From: the human T2T-CHM13v2.0 reference genome, Homo sapiens
DNA length: 64,000 nt
NCBI RefSeq assembly: GCF_009914755.1
Contig: NC_060942.1
Direction: 5' to 3' (one strand)
Positions within the stretch are counted from its first letter, which is position 1; every line of letters begins with the position of its first letter. Shown here one piece after another: positions 48,230 to 61,056 of this stretch. Below the pieces are notes generated by a model. It was not told the DNA's origin. It saw only the letters and a program-made list of their open reading frames with translations, and made no database searches. A program made the translations under genes and the position numbers.

Positions 48230-49615
48230 AAGCACCTAAACTTCCACCTTAAGAAACTAGAGAAAGAGCAAATTAAAACAAGCAAAAGTAAGAAGTTAAT
48301 AAGGATTTGAGAAGAAATCAATAAATTAAAAACAGAAGTAATAGAGAACATCAACAGAACCAAAAGCTGTTTCTTTGAAAAGATTAATAAATTTGATAAA
48401 CCCCTTGCCAGGCTTCCAGGGGAGGGAAAAAACAAAAAGAAGACACAAGTTGAAAATACAAAAAAAAGAAGGAACGTAACTACTGATCCAATAGATGTTA
48501 AAAGAATGTTAATGGTTCATGTCCTTTGTAGGGACATGGATGAAATTGGAAACCATCATTCTCAGTAAACTATCGCAAGAATAAAAAACCGAACACCGCA
48601 TATTCTCACTCATAGGTGGGAATTGAACAATGAGATCACATGGTCACAGGAAGGGGAATATCACACTCTGGGGACTGTGGTGGGGTGGGGGGAGGGGGGA
48701 GGGGTAGCATTGGGAGATATACCTAATGCTAGATGACGAGTTAGTGGGTGCAGCACACCAGCATGGCACATGTATACATATGTAACTAACCTGCGCAATG
48801 TGCACATGTACCCTAAAACTTAAAGTATAATTAAAAAAAAAAAAAAAAGAATGTTAATGGAATACTGTGAACAACTCTAGATCTCATGTTTGAAACTGAG
48901 ATGAAATGGACCAATTCTCTGAAAGACAAACTGCCAAAATTCAAAAAGGATTGGATAAGGTGAATTATCATACATTAATCAAATAAATTATATTTGTTTG
49001 TACAAGCCCTCTAGAAAAGAAGACTCTAGGCTCAGATAATTTCACTGTGAGTTCTACCAAACGTTTCAAGAAATAAATCATACTAATTATACACACTTTT
49101 CAGAAAATAGAAGAATGTCTCTCAACTACTTCTATGATGCCAGGATTAACCTATGCCAAAACCAGATAAAGACGGTCCAAGAAAAGGAAACTATGTTTCA
49201 ATCACCCTCACAAACCCTAGACATAAATATCGTAAACAAAATATTTGAAAGTCAAATATTAAACAGATTATGCATCACAACCATATGCAATTAATCCAAG
49301 GAATGCAAGGCTGGTTCAACATTTGGAAACAAATCAATGTCATAGGCCATATGAACACTCTGAAGAGCTGATCATCACAATAGATGGAGAGAAAGAATTT
49401 GACAGTCGACATCCATTTATGATTAAAAAAAAAACAACTCTAAGCAAACTAGATGTAGAAAGGGACTTCCTTAATCTGATAAGGCATACTACAAAAAAAT
49501 TTACAGATAACATCATATTAAATGGTGAGAGACTAAATACTCTTCCTTTAAGATCAGAAACTAGGTAACAATGTTCCCTCACCACTGCTATTAAACATAG
49601 CACTGGAAGTATCCA
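48230..49615 (+). mobile_element. Old L1M ORF2 fragment (host of a young L1 insertion)
   Basis: ttccaccttaagaaactagag...ttctttgaaaagattaataaa...ggaatgcaaggctggttcaacatt...ttaaatggtgagagact. Confidence 0.9.
48516..48844 (+). mobile_element. Young L1 3' end (late L1PA2 / non-Ta L1HS-like)
   Basis: gagatcacatgg, gaatatcac, gtggtgggg, caatgtgcac (L1HS-like) but GAG and A at the Ta-diagnostic sites; perfect TSD aaaagaatgttaatgg at 48500-48515 and 48845-48860. Confidence 0.95.
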
Positions 49616-49619
49616 TCCT

Positions 49620-49800
49620 TTCAGGTTAGTTATGACTGGATCTTATCTAGAATCACACCTTCAATTGGCTTCTGACCCTTTCCTATCCTGCTTTTTCCCA
49701 TCTCTTAATGGTTTCTTCTGGAAGCACATCCTTGATCAATCACACTTGCACAAGGTTTCTTGTCTTAGAGTCTGCTTCAATATAATAGGACCTGAAACAA
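49620..49800 (+). mobile_element. Old ERVL-type LTR 3' fragment
   Basis: aatcacacttgcacaagg...tgtcttagagtctgcttc...cctgaaaca. Confidence 0.5.
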
Positions 49801-49849
49801 TTTCCTTATAACAAGTTCTAATAACCATGTCCTTTTACTTACCTCTTTC

Positions 49850-50330
49850 CCATTGTTTTGATATGTTTTCTGTGTATTTTTAAATTATATATATTTTATG
49901 TAGATATTTTAATGAATTCTCATGTGCATCATTTGTATTATATATCTCATTCCCCTATCTTGCTTGTTACTAAGCAGGACATATTTAAAGTCTGTGTTTT
50001 TGGTTATTTGTACATGCTGTCTCTTCTTCCTGATACTCCATTGTGTGTTATTTGCCTTTAGTTGAATACTACAACAGATAATACTGTGGACAATTACTCA
50101 TACACATCTCCTTTTGGCCCTATGTAGAATTTTCACTGTTTTATATATATACGGAATTACTTGGTCATGGTTTATTTGTACAATTAACTTGACTAAATAA
50201 TGCTAGACAGTTTTCCAGAATGACTACACTGGTCTACTTTCCACAGTCAGTGCATGAGGGTTTCTATTGCCCATATCCACACACACATATATTTTGCACT
50301 GTGAAATTTTCTAATTTGTATCAGGCTTAT
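49850..50330 (-). mobile_element. Degraded L1ME-type fragment
   Basis: acagataatactgtgg...catacacatctcc...ggaattacttggtcatgg...ttttccagaatg...gtgcatgagggtttcta. Confidence 0.65.
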
Positions 50331-50686
50331 GGACAATTCACAATGCTGTACTCCAGCAAATTGTCACTTAAATTGTATAAAAAATTGAAATGTGTATTGA
50401 ATCTTAAATTTTACCTCCCATTTATACACTGCCTGAAAACAAAAGCAGGAACAAAAAAAAATCACAGAATGCAACCAAACATAAAAGGAGTGAAAGAAAA
50501 AGAATATCATGGAATACAGGAAGGGGTGCATGGCAAAGAACACAGTGCATTGAGATTTAAAGTCTTTATACAAAGCAAGTAATTGTTGACACTGTGTGGT
50601 ATGAAGTCTATTGCAGTTGTTAAGAAAGGATTTTTAAAATGGCCAAAGAATAATAGAAAAAAATTCTCCAATAAAAACTCCAAATA

Positions 50687-51025
<339 letters not shown>

Positions 51026-51856
51026 CTAAGTAAAAGCATGTTTCTATTTGATGAGTTGATCATGGATACTGATTAATTTTCAACATCAGTAGAAAAATAT
51101 AGGCTGAAGTGAAAGTTTTATTATATAAAGAGAATTGGAAAAAAATAGAAATCTTATATTTAATTACTGAAATCCTGACAAAAATAGAAAAATGAAGAAA
51201 AAAACATGCTGGGAAAAAAGGAAAGAGGAAGGAAACAATAATATTTACATAAACAATAAATGCAAACATTGAAAAATATAGGTTAAAAGGTTCAGCTCTC
51301 AAGAAAATGATGGTTTAACCTCCCCATTAAAGTAAAAAGATGCTCAGATATTTTTAAATGAAAATCAAAAATGAAAGCCAATATCCCACGTTATTAATGT
51401 ACCTGAACATCAAACACAACTGCATGATAAAGGTTCTAATAACCATGTTCTTTCACTTATCTGAGAACATGTACCAAGTGAGAAATGACTATTGCATGTA
51501 AAAGGCACCAAAACAAGACTGTACAGAGAGAAAGATTCAACTAAGCTAAATAAAACAATACCATGGATCAATCTCACTGATAAATATGGAGGTAAACAGT
51601 CTAAATAATGCAACAGGAAAAGCTAATTTTCCTGTATTTTAAAAGAATGCACATGACCAACTGAGATTTATCCCAAGTGCAAATATAATTCAGCATTCAG
51701 ATAGCTATTAATGCAATTCACTATACTACCAGATTAAAGTAGAAGAATCATATTATCATTTCAAACATCCAAGAAAAGAATTTGGTAAACTCTGTTACTG
51801 TCAAGGGCTGAGAGGTATTTGAGAGACAGCTGAGCTGCCAGGTGGTCAATTAAAGC

Positions 51857-52085
51857 ACAGCTAGATAAGAGGAATAAGTTCTGGTGTTCTATAGCACTGT
51901 AGGATGACTATAGTTAACCATCATATATACTTTCAGACAGCTAGAAGGATGTTGAATATTCCGGACACAAAGAAAAAATGTTTGAGATGATGATATGCTA
52001 ATTACCCTGATTGAATCACTATACATTGTATGCATCGAAGCATCACTATGTACTCCATAAATCTGTGTGCCAATTAAAATAAATT
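51857..52085 (+). mobile_element. L1MA-type 3' end
   Basis: cagctagataagaggaataagttctggtgttctatagcactgtagg...gctaattaccctgatt...catcactatgtac. Confidence 0.88.
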
Positions 52086-52094
52086 GACCAGGTT

Positions 52095-52131
52095 AAAAAC
52101 AAAACAAAACAAAACAAAACAACAAAACAAA
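52095..52131 (+). repeat. (CAAAA)n microsatellite
   Basis: aaaacaaaacaaaacaaaacaaaac... Confidence 0.95.
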
Positions 52132-52849
52132 GAGCCCAACTGAAAGTAATGGTCAAGCCCTTACTCACTCACTGCAATCATATAAGCAAGAGGCCTGAAA
52201 CAAGATATTCTTGTGTTTCATTTTCACCTGTGTGACTGCACCACTGTGTGAGTCAGGTGTGCCCGTGCAGATGGAGAGAGCCCCAGACAAAGGCCCCTGG
52301 CATTTTATGGACCCTGAGGCTACACAAAAGGGAGGGAGAAGTACTAGGAGAGAAAAACTCCTGAGTACTGGGTTCTGGTGGAGAAAGGTATCTTCAAGTC
52401 TCCTGGATAAGGTAGTCTCAGCAGAGGCCAGTTCTGATAAGGAGGTCTTGGGATGGGGGTGGCGGTGGGGAGGGTGGGGTTGGGGTGGGGCTGATCCTTG
52501 ACTGCAACTCCCTCTGGAAGCAGAAATGCACTGGTTGTGCATGGAGTCTCCTGTGTGGAGGGCAGTGTCCCTTGTGAGATCTGCCAAGTACAGCCTTATT
52601 GCTCACGGTGGGGTCTGAAGGATCACACTTAAGATATGGGCCTAGAGATGGATTCCTCAATTATCTGTTGTAAAGTTTTTTTTTTAAAGGACATCTGAGA
52701 ATCACAAATAACAACAAAATTATTTTTAAACTAAGAAAAAGAAAATAATTTCTTTACCTTGAAAAAATGTATGTGTCAAAATGTTTCAGTATAATATAGT
52801 CTCTGGGCATTGTTCTGGGCTGGAAGATTAACATGCTGGTGTAGCTTCC

Positions 52850-53030
52850 ATCCAGGGAGTGCTCAGGGTTACAAGGCCTGGCTGCCTGTCCTCCACTGGG
52901 GCAACTTTGAAGGGCCCTTGCAGCCCCAGAGCTCCTCGTGGGATCAGCTGAGCCCCTGTGGCGGCTGTATTCCATTTCTTTTCTCCTTGCCCAATTCTGC
53001 TGTTCTAATTTCCTATGGGTGTTGCTTCTA
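52850..53030 (+). mobile_element. LTR16-like ERVL LTR fragment
   Basis: ggggcaactttgaagggc...cccagagctcctcgtgggatcagctgag. Confidence 0.5.
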
Positions 53031-53041
53031 AAGACACACCC

Positions 53042-53510
53042 TGTTCACATTTCCTAAAGTTGCCAAAACAAGTCTGCACAAACCAGGTAGCTAAAAAGAA
53101 CAGAAATTCTCTCACAGTTTTGGAGGTGAGATGCCCAAAATTGAGGTGTCTTCAGGGCCATGAATTAAAGTGCCTGACGGCTCCAGGGGAGAGTCTATTC
53201 TGGGCCTTTCTCTTAGCTTCTGATGTTGCAGCAGTCATGGGTGTTCCTTGGTTTGTGGATGCGTCATTTCAATCTCTGCCTTGGTTGTCATCTGGTGTTC
53301 TCCCCATATATCTGCACGTCAACTTCTGTGCATACCTCTTGTTGTCTTTTCTCTTCTTATAAGGACACTAGTCTTATTAAATTAGGGTCCACACTAATGA
53401 CCTCATCTTAACTTGATTACATCTGCAAAGACCCTATTTCCAAATAAGATCATATTCCCAAGTGCAGGATTACAGATATCTTTTTGGGGGCCATAATTTA
53501 ACCTATAACA
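53042..53510 (-). mobile_element. MLT1C-type MaLR LTR
   Basis: aacagaaattctctcacagttttggagg...cttataaggacactagtc...gacctcatcttaacttgattacatctgcaaagaccctatttccaaataag. Confidence 0.9.
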
Positions 53511-55619
53511 ATCCTTTATGAACCTCCTATACACAGATCAGGCATATGAATTGCTGCCTTTTCTCTGTGCTACAGAAACAGCTTAAGGGTTAGACTGTTC
53601 CTTCTTTCCTGATAATTTTCTGTATATTCCTAAAGAGAAAATAATGTTATAATAAAACATATACCTAAGCACATGTCTACATTCTTTCTGAATAAACTTT
53701 AAAATTCCTTCTCATTTAGACTATGAACAGAGGTTATTTGGAGAAAGATTACATTGATACATATAAAATTATTTTCAGTAACTCAAAATATGCAATTTAA
53801 AAAAATTTTCTTGCTCATTTTACTCTGAGCTTCCAATCTTCTGAAATGTTTAGGAAATTAATTGTGGGTACATTTTTTACTTCACTACTGCTACAGTTGT
53901 GAGTTTGGAGAGTTCCAGAAAGAGTTACACAAATAAGCTAAGATATTACTAACTGCCAGCTGTAATTTTGAGCCAGACTGAGTAACATAAATACATTATT
54001 ATCTTCTGTGATTTTCTTGCCAGATTGCTCAATGCCCCCACAAAAAGTAGAATTACAGTATGACACGATAACTTATGATAGCTTTTTAGTGGTATTTGGA
54101 TAGCTACTGTCACCATGTAAACAGCTTGATAGCTTGACTGCCTGAGGTGCTTTCATGTTCTGGATAGATGTCAGTTTTCAGGCATTTTCCTGAGATTGAA
54201 GTAAGGAACAGTAGAGAAGGAGGACCATACAAATTAAAGGGATGGAAAAGGAAATCTACAAAATTATTTCCTTGAATATTCTCACTGCCATTGGACAATT
54301 TAAACAGTCATATAGATTAGCCATGTTCCTTCCTCCCTGCCCCACAATGTAGATGTGTGACTCTGGGAGAGGGGCTTAAGGGTTCCGACATCCAGATGCA
54401 AAAAGTGAGTTTAAAATCCCATTTATAAATCCCCCAAAGCCTGCACAAAAATGGCATGAAGTCTAAAGACAGGCAAGCATTTATCATCTGAAGTTATTGA
54501 CACCCTCTTGCAAGGAGAGGTTGGTTGAATTTTTTTCTCTTCATGAGACATTTTTTGCTGAGACTGTTAAACTGTTTACGGTAAATTGTACTCCCTCTGT
54601 GCTCAACACCTGATTTCATATATTGCCCTACACGAGATGTCATCTCCCAGGACACCCTGGAAGAGTTGCTGGGCTCAGCTAAAACAAAACCCGGTTGCTT
54701 TGACACAAAACATCTGGTAGAGTGTTTACTTGTCCTATGGCTCTCTTAAATGAATGTACAACATCAGCTGTTCCAGTAAAATTAGTTTCCTAACGATAAA
54801 TACCTAAATAATTTGATAACCAATTCAGCATTTTCTTAGTATTAAATAAAATATCATTGGTGTAGGCAATTAATACACTTTTAATCTAACATCAACCAGA
54901 GTGTTCTTTTAAATAATTTGTTTTTATGCATATCATTTTGGAAATGACAACCTGAAAGTCAATTACACTATTTATATCTATTTATTTAAAAAATACTACT
55001 TGAGAGAAAAAAGATTAGTAGTGTTTGTATTTACAACTTTAATAATGAGTTTATATTAATCAACCAGTCTGTAGGTAAATAGGTAATCTAATCATCATTA
55101 TCTCCTTTCTTTGGGAGCAATTTTTATTTTCTTATTGATTTCGCTGTACTTATTTCTGCATTGGATCAATAGATGTTTAAAACACAGTCTCAAAAACAGA
55201 GATGTTATCACTTTTTCTTCAACAGTTTTATCTGCTCTGGTCTAACTTGAAATAAAGTTTAAAGTTTCTACACCAAATTTATGTATCTACATATACTACT
55301 AAGTCAAAAACATATGAGACCAGAAACAGAATTTTTCTTAGCTATTCATTTTTCTTAAATCCTGTGCTCCATCAGTTTAATATTTGTTGACAGATTTTTA
55401 GCTATCTTGCTCTGTTATTGTTCTAATACACTCACTCACTCAACCCTTCCTCACTTGTCTCAACTGCCACACCCTGCAGATGTCGTTCTAAATTATGCTC
55501 CAACCTAAAGCAGACCTTTAGCACTGTTCCATGATGTGTCATTGTCTCTCTGTCCAAATCCTTCTTTATTCTCCATAACCTTCTCTTATTTATACAACAA
55601 GCCTTTTAAAAATACCCGG

Positions 55620-56290
55620 TCCAGGTTAGATGTGACTCTCAGGGGGCTAACAGTCTAGAAGAAGAGACAGGCATCAAACATGCATGGCAGATAAATTGTT
55701 ACACGGCAGTTGTAATAAGTCATGTTGAGTAAAAGAATGAGGTGCAAGTCTTCTTGCTGAAAGTGGCATTTGAGGGAACATTGAAATGTTGAAAAGAGTT
55801 AATTAGACAAAGTCGAGGAGGTCACTTCAGAAATGAAGAACCACTTATGCCAAGCTCTTGAGGCAGAAATGCAATAACATTTAAGAGACCTGTGCTGAAA
55901 GCAGGGGCCAGGTTTTCAAGACTATTATTTAGGATGAGCAAAGGGTAGTAATGTACTTCATGCTAAGAGAAATAGAGAGCTCTTAAGGGTATTAAGCAGA
56001 GAAGGAACACGATGAAATTTATTCTGATTGTTAGTGGAGAAATTGGAGCAGGAGTAGGAACACAGGAGCTGCGATGGTGAGAGATGGTGGTGGCTTGGAT
56101 CAAGGCAGTGGCCTTGACAAAACAAGAAATGGAAGAATTGGAGAAATATTGAGTAAGTCGAGTTGAAAAGCATTTTGAGAAAGTTACTGGATATGAAGGC
56201 GTAGGCTCTGGAGTGACTGGCAGGTCTGTGCAAGGGCAACCTGACGTCTTCTTGATGCCATTTACAGAGCGAGCAAATGCAGCATGAAGG
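55620..56290 (-). mobile_element. L2 fragment
   Basis: ctaacagtctagaagaagagacag...ttaagggtattaagcagag...gagagatggtggtggcttgga. Confidence 0.75.
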
Positions 56291-56919
56291 GCAGCCTGGT
56301 GTTTGTGTCTTTCTATAGATTAGAAAAAATAATGGAGCCTAATGAGCCTACTGGAAATAGAGAATCCTGGTTCAAATTTGTCACTCATCTGAGGATATGA
56401 CATCACCACACAGGCGACTTTAGAAAAGTAATCTTAAAGACTTGGGAGGCCACTCAGAACTGCATCAGTGTTACATCAGCGATCTATTACATCAGTGATC
56501 ATAACAACTGGACACTAGTCTCATTAGCATGTATGTACTTAAAAATCCCAGAGCATTTCCCATAGTGTTCTTCCTACCCTTTTAAAGGTTCCCTCACTCC
56601 CTCCAACAACACCGGCTGGGGAAGCTGAAGGCAACTTCCTATGGAGATGGAGAAAAGCAGCTTTCAGGGAAACCTCCAACACGTGATCCTAGAGTCCTTC
56701 TCCATTACTGTAGAAGTTTCTATTCAATGTAACCTATTTCATAGATATAGGGACAACTGCGATATTTTCTGCAGACAGTTCCTGTGAGCCATTCAAGAAA
56801 GGAAGGCAACTAAGTAGTTGTATGCACCAGTCTAAACTTGGAAGATTTATCCAGTTTGGAGATATGAGTTTATAAGATATAAACTTAGAGATATAAGATG
56901 GAAATGATTTTGTTTCTTA

Positions 56920-57170
56920 AAGAAAGACTTGCACAGCAATTAATATGTCCCAGGCACAATGTGCTTTTACAAATAGAAATTAAACTTCAAAACAACTTCA
57001 AACACTAGTGCTATTATTATCCCCATTTTACAGGTAGGAGATACCAAGGAACAGTGGAACAGAGATACCAAGTGACTTTCTTAAAGGCACATAGCTAGCA
57101 AGCGGTAGAGCTGGAATTTGAATGCAGGCTGAATATAAAGTTCATGCCTTAATTACTGTGCTTTGCTTTC
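56920..57170 (-). mobile_element. MIR
   Basis: ctattattatccccattttacagg...aagtgactt...cacatagctagcaagcggtagagctggaatttgaa. Confidence 0.85.
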
Positions 57171-57199
57171 TAAGGAAAGGGTCAAGACAAAACAAAGAA

Positions 57200-57372
57200 G
57201 GGGGTCTGGGCCACATTGGAAGCAAAGAGCAGCCCTCACCAGATAACCAAACCAGCTGGCATTTTGATCTTGGACTTCCCAGCTTCTAGAACTGTGAGAA
57301 AATAAATTTCTGTTCTTTGCAAATTACCCAGTCTGTGGTATTCTGTTATAGCATCAGAAACAGACCAAGACA
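57200..57372 (+). mobile_element. MST-type MaLR LTR, 3' part
   Basis: gccctcaccaga...gatcttggacttcccagc...aattacccagtctgtggtattctgttatagca...ccaagaca. Confidence 0.88.
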
Positions 57373-57399
57373 GCTCTATAGTTAAAAAAAAAAAAGGAA

Positions 57400-57703
57400 G
57401 AGTTCACATATGCACTAATTGGAGACTGTGGCCCTGGGAAAACTGTTGGTGGGCTAAGCCGAAGTGGGTCATCTTATATGATTGGCCAAGGGGAGAATAT
57501 TTGAATTTCTCTGATTGGTTCTAAGTTGGAAATATAGGCAAAAATCAGGGAGGCTGGTAGTTACTGTTCATGTCCTGACTGCTTTAGATGAACTGCTGGA
57601 GAGGTTATGGTTTGGTTTCCTCCATGGGTTGCTGCCAGTGTGTCTCAGAGTTCTATTTTTATCTATGATCTGGCCATTATCCATTTGCGTATTCAGGTTC
57701 CCA
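57400..57703 (-). mobile_element. ERV1-class LTR 5' part (MER87/89/90-like), in the left arm of the inverted duplication
   Basis: Reverse complement reads tgggaacctgaatacgcaaatggataatggccagatcatagataaaaatagaactctg; family name from memory. Confidence 0.6.
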
Positions 57704-58787
57704 TACCTGCTGTCCATCATTTTCTCACATTCTGGAAAAACACATGCCTTCACTTCTGCGATACCACAACCCTCTTGGGCATACTTATGATCCTTTTTTA
57801 CCTTCTCCTTCATGGGGGAATCCTTTCTCTGCCTATTAATTTAATTTTGCTGTTAGCCAAATGGCTCATCATGGCTTAGAAGCTTCTTCTCTGTACCTTC
57901 ATCTCAAATTCTTTGTATTAAATTCTGTGTCCCAGCCAGACTAGACTACAGAAAGTTTCAGCTGACTTGAAACATCTTTCCCATCCTCCATCTGAGTAAC
58001 TATCTCCTCTTTTTTAAAAAAACCTATTTTAGCTGTTTAAAACCTTAGATATCACCTCCTCTACAAAGCTCTCTGCAAACCCTAAAAAAGTCTATAAGCT
58101 TTCATAGTCCCCATTCTTAGGACATTGCTTATAAAGATATTTATCTTATTGTATTTGTCATTGTCTGTTCACATATATTTCCCCCAAACTCCAAACACCT
58201 CTAGGAAACGGTTACTGGTATGGTGCCCTGTACAGCAGACAGCTAATAAGTATTTATTGCAATAATGATTTCGTCTGGAACAGAATGTCAGAAATTAGAA
58301 CAAAGCTCCAGAAGTTTTCAGAATCCTTTGTGAGCTCCAGGAGGGTGGGAGTCAGTGTACTTCACAGAAAGCTTTCTTTTCTAAGTGTGTGGAAGCTTGT
58401 CATCAATGTGATGGAAAATCTGATGTTTAAACCATTGAAATGGAAAGCAAATGACTTAATACTATTTTTTGAAACATGCAACCAAATAAGAAGGCAGGTA
58501 TGTGGTGTGCCCTGAGCCCATGTTGAGGACCAAGAATTGCTGACGGGGCCAGCAAGGCACCTGCCCTTCTGGTTTAGGGCACCTGTCCTTCTTGGGTTTT
58601 CTAACCGTAGGATCTGCCAAAATTGAAGGCTCACAATAAGCACTCTATTTACTAGGTTTACTTCATCACACTTATTACAGACAAAAAAAGTATGTATCTT
58701 TGTGAAGGGCAAGCACTACTTGTCTTCCATCTCAAAAGTTTTTTAGAAATTTTAAAATGTGTTATCTGAAAATAACTAAAAACTTTT
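57490..58787 (+). repeat. Left arm of a ~1.3 kb inverted duplication
   Basis: Colinear with the reverse complement of 62101-63393, e.g. 57822-57881 vs rc(63001-63060) about 56/60 identical. Confidence 0.95.
58040..58265 (+). mobile_element. L2 3' end (paralogue at ~62640-62870 on the minus strand)
   Basis: ttagatatcacctcctct...ggtgccctgtacagcagacagctaataagtatttattg. Confidence 0.65.
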
Positions 58788-61056
58788 GTCCCAGCACAGA
58801 GAATATCCTATGATTTGTTATTTTCAGTGCCTTCTAGATGATTTGAATTGCTTTAGTCCTGTGGTATGAGTCACTCTTGTCAAAAAATTACTCTTCAATT
58901 TATTTTGTTTATAGATACAAACAAAAAAGGTAAGAGATCATGTAGTGAGAGCACAATGAACAAGTTGCGTTTCTTCATCCAGGAGCTTGGTTTTAGGAAG
59001 AGTTTTACTTCTAAGAGAAGATAGACCTCTGAGAAGAAAAGATCCGCAATATGAATTTCTCTTGGGTGGGTTAATCTGGGCAATGTGGTTGAACTCCACA
59101 GTTTCACCCTGTTGTAATCAGCCCGTGAGGTGATGCAGGGAATTAGGAATGTTATTACTTTGCAATGTGCGAGCTCTGCTTCCCTTCTGGCGGTGCTCTG
59201 GTTGGTTGTGGACTTTTCTGCTTCACCTTTTTAAGCCGAGACTGTTCAGATATTCTAGAATGACACACACCAGACAGACAACCTGGAGTCAACTTCCTGC
59301 ACAGAACCAAAGCCACTCCCTGTCAGCTCTCCCTCTGCATCGCTTTACCGTTTCTGGTCCTGGGAATTTCCTGAGTTAGTTCTCCTTGTTTTTCTAGTAT
59401 TTGAGTCTTTTCAATTCTCATGTGAAATAGATATGGTCTTACCTTGACTTCCAGGCCCTATGGGTTTCTGAGTCCATGACTGTGGTCTAAACTGAAATCT
59501 GAGGGCTCACTTTGTCTGTTACTGACTCAGTGACTTGTACTGGTTCAAAAGCCCCGAAGTGCTGTTTTCCATTAGGGTCCTGATAAACATCTCTGCCTTG
59601 ACCTCGCTTCCCTGGGGTGTCCCCATTTCCATGCCTGCCTCTGCTTTACAGGCCCGGTATTGCCTGCCTCCTTGGCTGGTCTCTGAAATATGCAAATGCC
59701 TTGTCAGGACACACTGTCAAAAGTGATTTTCCTGGATAAGAAATTTAAAAGCACAGGATGAGGACTGAGTTAACAACATATTTTTTAAAATCACTTACTT
59801 ATAATTTTCATCTCAATCATCTCTTTTCTAATTTTTCTATTATAACGTATTTATACATATATTTTATTAATATTTATTTTGTTCTTTTAAACATTGATAA
59901 ATGTTTGTGAAACAACTGCCTTGAAGGGGTTCTAATGAGTGAGTTTCTGTAATTTATAGATGATTGGCTGCCTGTCAGAGAGCAAAACATGAAGGCAGTT
60001 ATTTTCTAATAACGTTCCTAAATTATCTGGTATACTTAACGGATAGCAGAATAATGTATTTCTGAGACCTTTTGAAAGCATTCCTCTCTTTTTAAATAAA
60101 TTGTAAGGTTAAACACAAGAAATCTTGAATTAAAAAATTACACACATACTTATTTTCATTTTCTGTTTTGTGTATTGTGATAATTAGCTTGGGACAACAA
60201 GGGCATAAACTTAAATATAATTATCTTAATGACATTGCTAAGAAAGAATATTTAAATTGTTGAATAAAAGATGACTAATTTTATATATGAAGATATTTTT
60301 AAGTAAGGGAAAAATAATAAATAGGAAATGTCTTGTACCTAAGCAACATAATTACTTTTTTTTCCCTAAATGATGGGTTTGCCTCTTGACATTTTAAAAT
60401 CATCAGATATTTCCTTTTTCTGTATTGGATAATCGACACTGTAACACAAGCATAGCTACTTTAACATGAGAATTGAATGACATTATTTACAAATGACTAC
60501 ATATTTAGAATGGTATTCGCTTAATAACTTGTGTGCAGCAAACAGAAAGGCATAGGTAAATTACAAGTGACAAACATCCTTTGTGATAATGAAGAAGACT
60601 GATGACTTTACTTCAAAAAAAGCATGTGCTCATGTATGCAATTGATGGATAATAAACACTTTCACACTAATTTTCCTCAAATTAAAATCAATACAGAAAA
60701 TAATACTGATTACCTGCTGTAAGTTTTACCAAAAAATTGGCACAACTTTCTACTGAAATAAAATGTTAGTTTGTACTTAAAAGTTCAGATATGAAAATCT
60801 CTACTTTCCCACTTTGGAATGAAGCATTTTGTGAGTAGCCAAAAGCTAGAACTTCAGAGCAACACCTATTAATTACATCCCTGAACCAGCTGAGTCCATG
60901 GCCCAACACCACTGGCAACCAATATGGCACATACTGAGATGCTAAACAGTCTATTGTCAGTGTAAAGCACCGAGAGGAAAGAAAGACACCATGGCAGGGC
61001 AGAGCGCTGACCTTCTGGGGTGTGTGCATGTGTGTGTCATGTTTTGAATTGACCAC

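Noticed and set aside
54494-54706. 70-aa minus-strand ORF in unique DNA with a nearby acceptor-like ttttgttttag
   Set aside because: Non-ATG start, no recognisable domain, no convincing donor; length within chance expectation.
56463-56501. Short tandem ttacatcagYgatc repeats, a possible array
   Set aside because: Only 2-3 degenerate units without spacers; ordinary slippage duplication, not CRISPR-like.
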